Shown here: positions 21,091 through 31,704 of the stretch, one piece after another
Layout: each line of letters opens with the position of its first letter
Position numbering within the stretch: the first letter of the stretch is position 1
Assembly (NCBI GenBank): GCA_963827275.1
Contig: CAWHAA010000005.1
Location: forward strand, 689,474-753,473
Source: an uncultured Spirochaetota bacterium
GTDB lineage: Bacteria > Spirochaetota > UBA4802 > UBA5550
Direction of reading: 5' to 3'
DNA: 64,000 nt
The notes under the pieces: model-generated
Database searches by the model: none
Told to the model about the DNA's origin: nothing
What the model saw: only the letters and a program-made list of their open reading frames with translations
Position numbers and translations under genes: made by a program

Positions 21091-22323
21091 ATGCTGGACA
21101 GAACGACCATGAAACGCTTTCTCACCATGCTTATCGCGGCGGCGCTCGCCGCCGGCCTTGCCGGCAGCGCGGCATCAAAGCCGACGATGAGAAAGACCGT
21201 AAAAAAGAAAAACAGCATCGCCGTCGTCAAGAGCAAGTACGACGATGTCGACCTGGTGCTGTCCAATTTCCACATACCGCACGACCTCCTGGCCTACCGC
21301 GACCTGGAGTATCCCGAGCGGGTGCTCGGGTACCGCTCTCTCTTTGTCCCCAGCGGCATCGACAATCCCATAGAAGAGATGATCGACGTGCGCTCAAGCA
21401 GCGTCAGGTTGAAATCCGTCGCCCTCAAGCCCGACTTCTACGAAGTGAACAGGGACAAGGTCGCCCGCACCCTGCGGCGCTTCGTGCGGAAGGGGGGAGC
21501 CGCGTATTTCTCCGGCTACTCGTATGAATTTATCCAGAGGGCCTTCGGGATGCTCGAGTTTTTCGACAATTTTCCCTACATGGGCATGCCGGCGCGGCTG
21601 GAAGCGAAGGTTACCGGCGACCTCTCCCGCTTCAGCAGAAAAAACATGGTCGCCCTGTACATGGACCACCCCGGCTGGATCGCGGTCAAGTCCGCTCGCG
21701 GCGCGGAGGTGCTGGCCAGCGCCCGTTATGAAACGCCCCGGGGCGTCCGTTCCGGACCGGTCAACTTCATCGCCCGGCGGGGGAGCGGGGAGCTGCTCTA
21801 CACCAGCTACGACAGCACCGTGTACAGCGCATTCCGCCGCTTCAACATCTACCGCATAGCGGGAGCGCACCTGATCGAGACGTACGAGGACAGGGCCTTC
21901 CGCTGGGGGCAGTCGGTGACCGGCAGGCTGGTCAACGCGGTCCAGGGCGGCGAGTACGCGGCATATCACCGCATCGACATCGAGAAGGGGAGCAACACCA
22001 TATATTTTTACTCCGAGAGCGACCCCTTCCAGGTCGACATCGTGGACCGGGGCTACTCGCTGATTGAATCCCGCGACATCCTCGCGCGCGAGCAGATGTT
22101 TACCGTAAAGGCGGAGCGCAGTGACCACTGCTATATCAGATTATATCCTTCCACCAGCGGCAGGTACGGCCTCTATACCGTGGTCTCCGCGTCAGGCAGG
22201 AGGATATTCCCCTACCTGTACCACGTCCTGATAGCTCTCGGGATCGCGGCCGTGGCCGCGGCGGCTTTTTTTATCTTCAAGTTCTTCCCCGTTTCAGGAT
22301 ACCGGGGGCGCTGGCGGGGATAG
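21091..22323 (+). CDS. Hypothetical exported protein with C-terminal TM anchor (possible GATase-like N-domain)
   Basis: Signal peptide, LRRFVRKGGAAYFS, GSGELLYTS, C-terminal hydrophobic helix and basic tail. Confidence 0.65.
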   Translation: MLDRTTMKRFLTMLIAAALAAGLAGSAASKPTMRKTVKKKNSIAVVKSKYDDVDLVLSNFHIPHDLLAYRDLEYPERVLGYRSLFVPSGIDNPIEEMIDVRSSSVRLKSVALKPDFYEVNRDKVARTLRRFVRKGGAAYFSGYSYEFIQRAFGMLEFFDNFPYMGMPARLEAKVTGDLSRFSRKNMVALYMDHPGWIAVKSARGAEVLASARYETPRGVRSGPVNFIARRGSGELLYTSYDSTVYSAFRRFNIYRIAGAHLIETYEDRAFRWGQSVTGRLVNAVQGGEYAAYHRIDIEKGSNTIYFYSESDPFQVDIVDRGYSLIESRDILAREQMFTVKAERSDHCYIRLYPSTSGRYGLYTVVSASGRRIFPYLYHVLIALGIAAVAAAAFFIFKFFPVSGYRGRWRG

Positions 22324-22327
22324 CGGC

Positions 22328-22897
22328 TTACCGTTTCTTCTGGAGGCTGCCGAGGAAGGCGATGAACTGCCGGTAAAAGTCCTTGAATTCGTCATTCCTG
22401 CGCAGCTCGTGCAGGTCGGGGTCCTTCCCGTTCATGACGTCGTCCATGTGCCGTGACAGGAGCAGGATTGGGCCCGACATCCGGCCCGTGAGGCGGATCA
22501 GGTAGATGAAGAGAAACACACCGAGCAGGACACCGGTGACGATCATCAGGGTGAAGAGGAGCCTGTTCCTGTCCAGGATCTTATTTAACCGGGTCACGCT
22601 CTCCTGCATCATCGCAATGCTCTCGAGGTGGTCCCCGAGGAGCCGTTCCCGTTCGGGCGCAAGGACCGCATCGCGCCTGTTCTTCGCGGCGGAGGCAAGA
22701 AGGTCGGCCGTCTTCTTGTCCCGCTCGATATGCCTGTTGAGCTCATCGATGGTGCCGGTGATGGCCCGGTTATTATGGGTGGATACGATTCCCGTCACCG
22801 CGATGATCAGGATGAAGGCGATGATGAATATCCCGATGACGCGGAAGGTTGTCTTCAGCTGGAAATTCCTGTCGACTATCGCTTTTCTCTTCAACAT
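22328..22897 (-). CDS. Hypothetical 2-TM protein with HAMP-like C-terminus
   Basis: KRKAIVDRNFQLK, two TM helices, RMSGPI...LRRNDEF. Confidence 0.7.
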   Translation of the reverse strand: MLKRKAIVDRNFQLKTTFRVIGIFIIAFILIIAVTGIVSTHNNRAITGTIDELNRHIERDKKTADLLASAAKNRRDAVLAPERERLLGDHLESIAMMQESVTRLNKILDRNRLLFTLMIVTGVLLGVFLFIYLIRLTGRMSGPILLLSRHMDDVMNGKDPDLHELRRNDEFKDFYRQFIAFLGSLQKKR

Positions 22898-23099
22898 GGC
22901 CTCACCGCCGCTTGTGGATATGCGCCCGCGCCGTCCGTCAGCGCGGAACAATGCTACGGCGATCCTACGGCCGATTTTTGCCGCCTGTCAAGCAGAATTA
23001 GTCGCCGTTCCGGCGCGGTCGCGGCGGCCGATTTTTTAGAAAAGTAGTTGCATTCAGGCCATGCTCTAAAATAGTAATGATACAGTACTGGAGCTGCGG

Positions 23100-23861
23100 A
23101 TGGGAAAGGTGATATCGGTCTCCAACCAGAAGGGCGGAGTGGGGAAAACTACGACAACGGTGAACGTTGCCGCGTTTATCGCCGAAAAAGGGAAGCGCGT
23201 GCTCATCATCGATATCGACCCGCAGGCCAACGCGGGCTTCGGCGTGGGCGTAAGCGCCGGGGAGGACGACCCGTCGATCTACGAGGTCCTCATCGGCTCG
23301 ACGCCGATCCGCGAGGCCATCAAGCAGACCGGCATCAACGGCCTGTACCTGATCCCGTCGAACATCCACCTGGCCGGCGCCCAGGTGGACCTCCTTGACG
23401 CGGAGCGGAAGGAATTCATCCTCCGCAGCGCGATGAAGGACATCCGGGAGGAGTTCGATTATATCTTCATCGACTGCCCGCCCTCGCTGGGCATCCTGAC
23501 GCTGAACGGCCTGGTCGCCGCGGACTCGGTGATGATACCGCTCCAGTGCGAATACTACGCGCTGGAGGGACTGAGCCAGCTGCTCCGCATCATCGCGATG
23601 GTGCAGGAAAACCTGAACAGGGGCCTGTCCATCGAAGGGGTGGTCCTCACCATGTACGATTCCCGGACCAACCTGTCGCAGCAGGTGGTCTCCGACGTGC
23701 GGGAATATTTTTCGGACAAGGTCTTCAAGACGATCATCCCGAGGAACGTACGGCTTTCCGAGGCCCCCTCGTTCGGAAAGCCGATCGGCCATTACGACAA
23801 GGGGAGCATCGGCAGCGTGACCTATGAGAATCTGGCAAAAGAGGTTTTAAAGAATGGCTAA
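23100..23861 (+). CDS. parA: Chromosome partitioning ATPase ParA/Soj
   Basis: NQKGGVGKTTT, DIDPQAN, IDCPPSLG, QCEYYALEGL, IPRNVRLSEAPSFG. Confidence 0.96.
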   Translation: MGKVISVSNQKGGVGKTTTTVNVAAFIAEKGKRVLIIDIDPQANAGFGVGVSAGEDDPSIYEVLIGSTPIREAIKQTGINGLYLIPSNIHLAGAQVDLLDAERKEFILRSAMKDIREEFDYIFIDCPPSLGILTLNGLVAADSVMIPLQCEYYALEGLSQLLRIIAMVQENLNRGLSIEGVVLTMYDSRTNLSQQVVSDVREYFSDKVFKTIIPRNVRLSEAPSFGKPIGHYDKGSIGSVTYENLAKEVLKNG

Positions 23862-24723
23862 GAAGGTTCTTGGCAAGGGGCTCTCCGCGATCATCACCGC
23901 GTCTCCGACGCCGGTCGAGGCCCTGGAAAAGGGGATCGTCCAGAACGCGGAAACCATCGCGGAGCTGGACGTCGAATCGGTCCTGCCCAACCCGGACCAG
24001 CCGCGCACGGTGTTCGATGAATCCGAGATACGGGGGCTCGCGGCATCCATCCAGGCGGTGGGGCTCCTGCAGCCGATCATCGTACGGCGTGCGGAGAGCA
24101 ACTACTACGTGGTCGCGGGCGAACGGCGGCTCAGGGCCGCGAAGCACGCCGGGCTGAAGAAGATCAGGGCCATCGTCATCGAGGCCGACGAGGTGAAGAA
24201 CCTGACCCTGGCGCTCATAGAAAACATCCAGCGGACCAACCTGAACCCCATCGAGGAGGCCGAGGCCTACCGGGTCCTGATCGACCGCTTCAGCCTCCGC
24301 CAGCAGGACATCGCGTCCCAGGTCGGAAAGGAGCGGGCGACCGTTGCCAACACCCTCCGCCTGCTCCAGCTCCCCGACGAGATACGGGGGTCGCTTGCCG
24401 CGGGAGACATCAGCGCCGGGCACGCGAAGGTCCTCCTGTCCGTGAGCGGCAGCCGCCAGATGGCGCTCTACCGCGATATCATCAGCAAGGCGGTCTCGGT
24501 CCGCGCCCTCGAGCAGATGGTACAGGACGGGGGAGCAACGCAGAAGCACGAGAAGAAAAAGCAGGCGAAAAACGCCCATATCCGCAAGATGGAAGAGGAG
24601 CTCGTGACCGCCCTCGGCACGAAGGTCGAGATCAAGCACGCCGGGGGCAAGGGCAAGATCGAGATCAGCTATTATTCGCTGGATGATTTTGACAGGATCG
24701 CCGATATAATAAGGAAAGGATAG
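23854..24723 (+). CDS. parB: Chromosome partitioning protein ParB/Spo0J
   Basis: LGKGLSA, PNPDQPR, VAGERRLRAA, ALIENIQR, HTH VANTLRLL. Confidence 0.96.
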   Translation: MAKKVLGKGLSAIITASPTPVEALEKGIVQNAETIAELDVESVLPNPDQPRTVFDESEIRGLAASIQAVGLLQPIIVRRAESNYYVVAGERRLRAAKHAGLKKIRAIVIEADEVKNLTLALIENIQRTNLNPIEEAEAYRVLIDRFSLRQQDIASQVGKERATVANTLRLLQLPDEIRGSLAAGDISAGHAKVLLSVSGSRQMALYRDIISKAVSVRALEQMVQDGGATQKHEKKKQAKNAHIRKMEEELVTALGTKVEIKHAGGKGKIEISYYSLDDFDRIADIIRKG

Positions 24724-24781
24724 CATCCGGGGCGCCCTGTGCGCCGTTGTATCCTCCTATCCATAACACGGGGAGCACGCA

Positions 24782-25330
24782 ATGGACCGTAAGGATGGAG
24801 CGCGCGAGTATTTCAACAAGCTGAAGATCGTTGAGAAGTTCTGCTCGGGCGACATCGAGACCGCCAAGAAGATCATGAAGGGCGAATTCGCCGATATCGT
24901 GGTCATCAAGGGCCGATTCAAGGACGGCGACGAGGAAAATTTCGGCCTCTTCGTGGTGTTCCTCAGCCGGCTGAGCCGCTCAGTCGTGAGCACGCGGTCG
25001 GTCATCTCCCGCACCGAGTCAGTGTTCCATCACAAGCCGTTCGACTCATGGAAGAATTTCCTGAGCAAGATCGAAAAAGAGACCAGCGAAGCCGAGGTTG
25101 ACGCGGAGAGGATCAAGACACTGGACGCCGTGCTGGGCCGCCTCGGAGAGCTCAAGTTCTTCGTCAGCGTCTTCGAGTGGATCGACAAAAACGACATCAT
25201 GAACCTCACCGACAAGTTCGAGAAGATCGTCAACAACGTCCTCGGCATAAGCGATTCGCACGTGGTCCTCGACTTCGAGAACATCACCTCCCTCGCGCTC
25301 TACGAGGAGAAGGGGATAAAGCCCCTCTAG
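24782..25330 (+). CDS. Hypothetical protein
   Basis: 182-aa ORF with GGGAG RBS and genome-typical codon usage, co-oriented after parB. Confidence 0.7.
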   Translation: MDRKDGAREYFNKLKIVEKFCSGDIETAKKIMKGEFADIVVIKGRFKDGDEENFGLFVVFLSRLSRSVVSTRSVISRTESVFHHKPFDSWKNFLSKIEKETSEAEVDAERIKTLDAVLGRLGELKFFVSVFEWIDKNDIMNLTDKFEKIVNNVLGISDSHVVLDFENITSLALYEEKGIKPL

Positions 25331-25344
25331 CCCATGTGTGCGCA

Positions 25345-25797
25345 ATGCGGATAATCGTTGACGCGGATTCATGCCCGGTCGTGATCAAGGAGATACTCTA
25401 CCGGGCGGCGGAACGCGTCCGCGTCCCCCTGGTCCTCGTGGCAAACCAGCGCCTGGCGGTCCCGGATTCGGCATACATCTCATGTATTGAAGTCCCCGCA
25501 GGTCCCGATGTCGCGGATGACCGCATCGCCATGATGGCGGCGGCGGAGGACCTTGTCATTACCGCCGACCTGCCCCTCGCGGACCGCGTTGTCCGTAAGG
25601 GCGCCTGCGCGCTCAATCCCCGGGGCGAGCTGTACACGGCAGCGAACATAAAGGACCGCCTCGCCACGCGCGACCTGATGGAGGTCCTGAGAAACAGCGG
25701 CGTGGATACGGGCGGGCCCTCCGCCTTCAGCATGAGAGACCGCCAGTCCTTTGCCGGTCAGCTGGACCGCTTCCTTGTGAAACATGGCCATAGATGA
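25345..25797 (+). CDS. YaiI/YqxD family protein (UPF0178)
   Basis: [36 protein letters not shown]. Confidence 0.9.
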   Translation: MRIIVDADSCPVVIKEILYRAAERVRVPLVLVANQRLAVPDSAYISCIEVPAGPDVADDRIAMMAAAEDLVITADLPLADRVVRKGACALNPRGELYTAANIKDRLATRDLMEVLRNSGVDTGGPSAFSMRDRQSFAGQLDRFLVKHGHR

Positions 25798-25810
25798 AGG
25801 GAGGCGCTTC

Positions 25811-25948
25811 ATGAAAAAGATGATGATACCGAAAATCCAGTACATCACCCATGACCGGGGCGCCGACCAGATGGGCCTCTTCTTCCCTGACATCGACAAG
25901 CGCAGGGACCTCCCCGGCGGCAAGGGATGGGCGGCGGCGAGCCTGTAA
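25811..25948 (+). CDS. Small hypothetical protein (45 aa)
   Basis: GGGAGG RBS then MKKMMIPKIQYITHDRGADQMGLFFPDIDKRRDLPGGKGWAAASL*; too short for the supplied ORF track. Confidence 0.4.
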   Translation: MKKMMIPKIQYITHDRGADQMGLFFPDIDKRRDLPGGKGWAAASL

Positions 25949-26021
25949 GGTGCGCATGGCGCATTATGCTTGCCATCGGCGGCAGGATGGCTTTGTGTGA
26001 CAGAGGAGAGAATTTCTGACG

Positions 26022-27080
26022 ATGCCTGCCATTCGCGAAATACAGCCCGGGATATTCCTTGTCAGGGAGCGGGGCGGCTGGGGCCCCCTGCGGCCGCAGA
26101 TGAACATCTATGTCCTCACCGGTGACGAGGGGCTTGTGTATGATGCCGGTTACGGCACCAGGGGGTCCGTGCGGCACCTCGCCAGGGAGGTCCGGCGCAT
26201 AGAAAACCACTGCCGGGACCGCGGCGAGCCATGTTCAATCACGCGGGTACTGCCCAGCCATGTCCACCCGGACCATTTCTCCGGTCTCGCGGGGCTCAGG
26301 GAAGAGCTCGGCCTGCGCATCCTGCTCACCCGCCGCATGGCGGCAACGATCCGTTCCAGGGACGCCTACCGCGATTCCTACCGGGACTTCACCGGGGAGG
26401 AGGCCTGCGGCCTGAGGCGCATCGTCCGGGAGCGCATCACCGGCCCGGCCGCGTCCCGCTTTTACGAGGCGCTGTACGGGACCAGGTTCGTCGCCGCTCC
26501 CGACGAGATTATCGGCGACAGCGGCGCGATCGCTGCCGGGGGCAGGACCTGGCGCATCATCGCCACTCCCGGGCATTCGCCTGACCACCTGTCCCTGTAC
26601 GATGAGGCGTCAGGAGTGCTCCTGGGCGGGGACAACGTCCTCAGCGGCATCACTACCTGGCTCGGGCCGCCCAAGTCCGACATTGCGATCTACCTGCGCA
26701 CCCTGGAACGCCTGCGCGCCCTCCCCGGCCTGCGCCTGATCCTGGGAGCGCACGGGGGCCCGGTCGAGGACCCCGGTGCGCGTATAGCTGAAATCATCCA
26801 GTGGCGCGCCCGGCGTCTCGAACACGTGTACGACGCGGTCAGGGCAAGCGGCACCGCGGGGACCGGCAAGCGGGAAGTGATACGCGCTCTCTACAGGGGG
26901 GAAGGCTTTATGAAACGTTTTATGGCGGACGGCTGGATCGACCTTTCGCTCCGCTGCCTGATTGAAGACGGGCGCATCAGGGAACTGTCCCGGGGAAGGT
27001 ACGGCGCCGGCCGGTCCTGCCGCCAGGGGCCTGCTTCATGTACGCAAGCGGGGCCTACAGGATCTCGTAACAGGTCTTGA
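26022..27080 (+). CDS. MBL-fold metallo-hydrolase
   Basis: SHVHPDHFSG (HxHxDH), TPGHSPDH, GDNVL, GAHG. Confidence 0.9.
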   Translation: MPAIREIQPGIFLVRERGGWGPLRPQMNIYVLTGDEGLVYDAGYGTRGSVRHLAREVRRIENHCRDRGEPCSITRVLPSHVHPDHFSGLAGLREELGLRILLTRRMAATIRSRDAYRDSYRDFTGEEACGLRRIVRERITGPAASRFYEALYGTRFVAAPDEIIGDSGAIAAGGRTWRIIATPGHSPDHLSLYDEASGVLLGGDNVLSGITTWLGPPKSDIAIYLRTLERLRALPGLRLILGAHGGPVEDPGARIAEIIQWRARRLEHVYDAVRASGTAGTGKREVIRALYRGEGFMKRFMADGWIDLSLRCLIEDGRIRELSRGRYGAGRSCRQGPASCTQAGPTGSRNRS

Positions 27081-27345
27081 TGTCCAGTCCCGGCTCGAGC
27101 AGGGGAAACAGCTTCTCCAGGGTCTTCGGCAGGTTCTCGGAATGGATTTTCAGCGCATCCTTGTCGCGGTATTTTTCATAGATCAGTATGGCGTGGTCGT
27201 CGCCGCGGACCTTGTGCGGGATGTAGGCGAGGCACCCGGGCTCCGATTCTTTCAGCTTCGGAACGACATTTTTCAGTATCTCCACGGCTTCGTCCATTTT
27301 CCCGTTCTTGACGTTTAATTTCGCGATCAATGTAATCATCGTCAT
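27055..27345 (-). CDS. ABM/putative quinol monooxygenase family protein
   Basis: EPGCLAY, IYEKYRDKDALKIH; ~96 aa. Confidence 0.8.
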   Translation of the reverse strand: MTMITLIAKLNVKNGKMDEAVEILKNVVPKLKESEPGCLAYIPHKVRGDDHAILIYEKYRDKDALKIHSENLPKTLEKLFPLLEPGLDIKTCYEIL

Positions 27346-27453
27346 CCCCCAGGGGTGGTTTCAAATATTCTTATCAAACATGGAAAATACGCGCGGAATT
27401 GCAAACAAGAAATTGTTCCGGAACGGAATTATTGTGCGGCCGGAGGCGGGCCG

Positions 27454-28707
27454 TCATGACGCTGCCGCCGTCCCCGCCGCGTACCCGGTGCTCCAGCAGA
27501 CCTGGAGGTTGTACCCGCCCGTGGGCCCGTCAATATCGATGATCTCGCCGGCGAAATAGAGGTTTTCGACGAGGCGCGAGCGCATGGTGCGCATGTCGAT
27601 CTCGTCGAGCGATACGCCGCCCGCGGTCACGATGGCGCTGTCATAGCCGTCGAGCCCGGCCACCCCGGTACGGAGGTCTTTTAAAAGGCCGACGAGCCTC
27701 TTCCGCTCGTCGCGCGCCAGGTGGCTCACGCTCTTCAGCGGGTCGATACCGGCAAGGCGCACGACCACCGGGATGAGGGACGCGGGCAGGAGCCGCCCGA
27801 GGCTGTTCTTGAATTGCCGCGTCGGATTTTCGCCGAAGTCCCGGCGTATCCGCGCGTCAAGCGCGGCGTGGTCGAGCGCGGGCTTCAGGTCAATCGAGAG
27901 CTCGAGCTTCGCGGGAAGGAGCTCGCCGATCACGCGGCTCAGGTCGAGCAGTACCGGTCCGCTCATGCCGTTGGACGTGAAGAGCGCCTCGCCGAACTCG
28001 CGCGCCGCGGTCCTGCCGTCGCGGATGACCGACACCGATACGTTCTTGAGGCTCAGCCCCTCGAGCTCCGCGATCCATGCCTCGCGGAGCCTGACCGGCA
28101 CCAGTGACGGCCGCGGCGGGACGACGGTGTGACCGAGCGCGCGGGCTATGGCGAAGCCGGCCCCGGTCGATCCGGTTGCGGGGTAGGAAAGCCCCCCGGT
28201 GCAGAGAATAAAGCGGCCGGCCTCGACCGTCCCATGGTCGGTGATGGCCCGCGATACCAGGTCTCCGCCCCGTATCATCTCCCGTATATCGAATCCGTCC
28301 TTTACCCGCACGCCGTTTTCCTTCATGTAGTCGCGCAGCACCCGCACCACGTCGGCCGCGCTGTCGGAGACGGGGAACACGCGGTTCCCGCGCTCCACCT
28401 TGAGCGGGAGGCCGCGCTCCGAAAAAAAATTCATGGCGTCCTCCACCCCGAAGGCGTGCAGGACTGAATTCAGGTACCGCCCCTTTTTCCCGAAATGATC
28501 GAGGAAGGTACGCACATTGTAATCGGCATTGGTGATGTTGCACCGCCCCTTCCCGGTCAGGAGGAGCTTCCTGCCGGGACGGCTGTTTTTTTCAAGGAGC
28601 ACGACGCCGGCGCCCAGCCGCGCCGCGGTCCCCGCGGCCATCATGCCCGCCGGGCCGCCCCCGATCACCGCGACATCGCAGGTGATGATTGCTGAATCAG
28701 ACGACAT
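27454..28707 (-). CDS. HI0933/YhiN-family NAD(P)/FAD-dependent oxidoreductase
   Basis: IGGGPAGMMAA, GRKLLLTGKGRCNITN, TGGLSYPATGSTG, GPTGGYNLQ. Confidence 0.93.
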   Translation of the reverse strand: MSSDSAIITCDVAVIGGGPAGMMAAGTAARLGAGVVLLEKNSRPGRKLLLTGKGRCNITNADYNVRTFLDHFGKKGRYLNSVLHAFGVEDAMNFFSERGLPLKVERGNRVFPVSDSAADVVRVLRDYMKENGVRVKDGFDIREMIRGGDLVSRAITDHGTVEAGRFILCTGGLSYPATGSTGAGFAIARALGHTVVPPRPSLVPVRLREAWIAELEGLSLKNVSVSVIRDGRTAAREFGEALFTSNGMSGPVLLDLSRVIGELLPAKLELSIDLKPALDHAALDARIRRDFGENPTRQFKNSLGRLLPASLIPVVVRLAGIDPLKSVSHLARDERKRLVGLLKDLRTGVAGLDGYDSAIVTAGGVSLDEIDMRTMRSRLVENLYFAGEIIDIDGPTGGYNLQVCWSTGYAAGTAAAS

Positions 28708-28868
28708 ACTGCTGTTCTCCCGCGGGTAGTGAACATCACAGATCACGGCGATGACAACCCTATTTTGCATCATAATAAAAATTTTATCTCACCATAAACG
28801 CCATGGCCGGCACCTCTGACACAAAAAGTTCTTGAATTGCATTCATACTGATTGTTACACCGTCTATC

Positions 28869-29735
28869 ATGGCACCGAAGATCAAAATGCGGAGTCAGTG
28901 CGCCGGGACTGCCGCGGCAACTGTCATGGCTGCCGCCCTGGTCATGTGCGGATCAGCGACACCGGCCGGTGAGCCGTCCCCCGTGGACGAGGCGCTCATC
29001 TGGCTGCAGACAAAGAGCTATGAGCGTGAATACCGGAAGAACATGCGAAAGGCGGTCCTCCTTGAGCTCTATTTGTCCCAAACGAAGCCTGACCCCGGCA
29101 TATGGACAAAAGAGTCACCCGTGCACCGGGACCGCCTGGCCGGATTCACGGCCGGCCTCCCCGGCGCGCCGAAGGGGGACACCATCGCGTTCGGGGATTC
29201 TCTGATAGACCTTACCAGGAACAGGCTCCGTTCGGTACCGAGCCGGCTTAATTTTGCTATCAGCGGCTCCTGGGCCAACCATATGGCGCAGATGGCGTCG
29301 GACATCCGGCCGGTCCTGGAGCGGACCGGCATCTACCGGTCCGTAGCGTATGTCGTCGTCGGGAGCCTGGGCGGGAACCCGCTCCTGATGCGCCAGCCGG
29401 TTGACCGGACGATAGAAGAAAGCCGCAAGGCCCTGGACACGATCCGGCGCCTCTACCCCGGGGCGCGAATCATCGTTTTCGGAATACCGCCGACAATAAG
29501 CATGTATGTCAACAGGAACGCCCTCTCCTTTGAAGCGGCACTCTACCGCTGGGTGCTCGCGGACCGCGATGCAGTCCTGCTCCCCCTCCAGCAGCGCTTC
29601 GCCGGACCCCTGGGGCTCTTCCCGAAGGCGATCATGTCAGTAGACGGTGTTCATTTCTCCGCGCAGGGCGCGGTTGAATTGGACCGACTCTTTGAAAAAG
29701 CAAAACATGCACCGCCGAAATCGCTCATCGACTGA
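28869..29735 (+). CDS. SGNH/GDSL hydrolase (exported)
   Basis: AFGDSL block I, NFAISG block II, GGN block III, DGVH block V. Confidence 0.85.
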   Translation: MAPKIKMRSQCAGTAAATVMAAALVMCGSATPAGEPSPVDEALIWLQTKSYEREYRKNMRKAVLLELYLSQTKPDPGIWTKESPVHRDRLAGFTAGLPGAPKGDTIAFGDSLIDLTRNRLRSVPSRLNFAISGSWANHMAQMASDIRPVLERTGIYRSVAYVVVGSLGGNPLLMRQPVDRTIEESRKALDTIRRLYPGARIIVFGIPPTISMYVNRNALSFEAALYRWVLADRDAVLLPLQQRFAGPLGLFPKAIMSVDGVHFSAQGAVELDRLFEKAKHAPPKSLID

Positions 29736-29817
29736 ATTATCACCCTCAACTGGCCCTCTATAATTAAAATTATCACTTTCTGGCAGATCATCGATCCTGT
29801 TTATTTTCATCTTGATT

Positions 29818-29831
29818 TCTGATATATCAGA
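29818..29831. promoter_or_regulatory. Perfect 14-bp palindrome, candidate operator
   Basis: TCTGATATATCAGA immediately after TTGATT, in the AT-rich region upstream of the B12 radical SAM gene. Confidence 0.5.
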
Positions 29832-29957
29832 TATTGGCGTGATCCGGCCTATAATTATGTTATTATTTAACCAGTCGTTAAATAATTCGCAATATTTATA
29901 CCGGCTGGACGGTTTAAATAGATATAATTCAATTATTGATAACTATCATCGGAGGCA

Positions 29958-31568
29958 ATGAAAAAAATGAAGACGAAAGTATTAATGGTTTATCCCGAAA
30001 TCCCGAACACCTTCTGGAACTTCCAAAGTTTAATGCCGGTCCTGGGCAAAAAGGCTATGTTCCCGCCCCTCGGGCTGCTGACCATCGCCGCACTCATGCC
30101 CGATAACTATGACATCAAGCTCATAGACCTGAACGCGTACCCTCTCACGAAACTTGACGTAGAAGCAGCGGACCTGGTCTTCATATCGGCCATGGGCGTG
30201 CAGCAGGATTCATTCGTCAAGGTGGTGGACCTCTGTGCCGAATGCGGGAAGACCATGGTCGCGGGGGGCCCTCTCATCTGGTCGGCGCATGATCTCGGCG
30301 TGCTGAATATAGACAAGATTGACCACCTTGTGCTCAACGAGGCTGAAACGATCCTGCCGCAATTCCTCAAGGATTATGAAAACGGGACCGCCCGGCGCAT
30401 CTATTCGACTTCCGAAAAGCCGGACATGACGATGTCCCCTCTTCCCCGGTACGACCTGGTGGACCTGAACGACTATGCGATGGTCCCGGTCCAGTATTCA
30501 CGCGGCTGCCCCTTCCAGTGTGAATTCTGCGACATCATCGAGATGAACGGCAGGCAGGTACGGACAAAAACCCCGGAACAGTTTTTACGCGAGCTCGACT
30601 TCATCCTTGACAGCGGGTACCGGGGCGAGGTGTTCATCGTTGACGACAATTTTATCGGGCACGTCCCCAAAACAAAAGCCATGCTCAGGAAGCTCCTTGA
30701 ATGGCAGGAAGCGCATGAGTTTCCCTTTTATTTCATAACCCAGGTCAGCATTAACATGGCACACGATGAAGAGCTGCTGAACCTCGTCGCCGACACCAAT
30801 TTCGGGATGGTCTTCGTAGGGATCGAGACCCCGGACACAGCCACCCTGGCGAACATCAACAAAAACCAGAATGTCAAAGAGAACATGATTGAGAGCATAA
30901 AGCGGATCCAGTCTAAACGAATAATGGTCATGGGCGGCTTCATCATCGGGTTCGACACCGACACCGAGGACATCTTTGACCGGCAGATTGATTTTGTCCA
31001 GAAGGCGGGGATCCCGATCGCCATGGTGGGCCTGCTGGGGGCGATGCCGAACACGCAGCTCTACCGCCGCCTGAAAAAAGAGAACCGGATAATCGGTAAC
31101 GGATGGCACTCCTACAACAACATCGACCTGTGCCTGAACTTCACCCCGCGGATGGATGAGCAGACCCTCATCGAAGGGTACAAGCGGGTCATCGCGGAGA
31201 TATACAGCCCGCGCCGCTGGTTCGAACGCAACCTGAAGCTGCTGGAGCACTTTTCGCAGAAACCGTCGCCCCGCACGGTAAAGATTTTCAAGGATGACGC
31301 GACCCTCCGGCACAAGGTAACATGCATCACGAAGGACCTGTTCTTCTTTTTAAAACAGATATTCTCCTCTTACGGACTTGAATATATCAGGTTCATGATA
31401 CAGGCCAGGAAGGTCAACAGGGCAAACTTCCTTTCCGGGGTCGCATTTGCCGGGACCTTCCCCCATTATCATTCTATCGCCAAAAGAATCATGGACAGCA
31501 AATATATCTTCAGGGACCGTAACGGGGAATGCCACAGTGTAACACATGAAGGAAAAATCGCGATATGA
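29958..31568 (+). CDS. B12-binding radical SAM protein (HpnP/DUF4070-like)
   Basis: PNTFW, PPLGLLTIAA, SRGCPFQCEFCDI, VDDNFIG, GFIIGFD. Confidence 0.9.
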   Translation: MKKMKTKVLMVYPEIPNTFWNFQSLMPVLGKKAMFPPLGLLTIAALMPDNYDIKLIDLNAYPLTKLDVEAADLVFISAMGVQQDSFVKVVDLCAECGKTMVAGGPLIWSAHDLGVLNIDKIDHLVLNEAETILPQFLKDYENGTARRIYSTSEKPDMTMSPLPRYDLVDLNDYAMVPVQYSRGCPFQCEFCDIIEMNGRQVRTKTPEQFLRELDFILDSGYRGEVFIVDDNFIGHVPKTKAMLRKLLEWQEAHEFPFYFITQVSINMAHDEELLNLVADTNFGMVFVGIETPDTATLANINKNQNVKENMIESIKRIQSKRIMVMGGFIIGFDTDTEDIFDRQIDFVQKAGIPIAMVGLLGAMPNTQLYRRLKKENRIIGNGWHSYNNIDLCLNFTPRMDEQTLIEGYKRVIAEIYSPRRWFERNLKLLEHFSQKPSPRTVKIFKDDATLRHKVTCITKDLFFFLKQIFSSYGLEYIRFMIQARKVNRANFLSGVAFAGTFPHYHSIAKRIMDSKYIFRDRNGECHSVTHEGKIAI

Positions 31569-31704
31569 CCGGGGAACGGGCCGACGCGGGCATAATCGTC
31601 ATGTAAAACCCGGACGGGTCATGATGACAAAAAAACGCGCGGCGAACATGAGGTCCGCCGCGCATAACCCAGTTATCTGTAATATGCAGATACTCCACAT
31701 CAGT

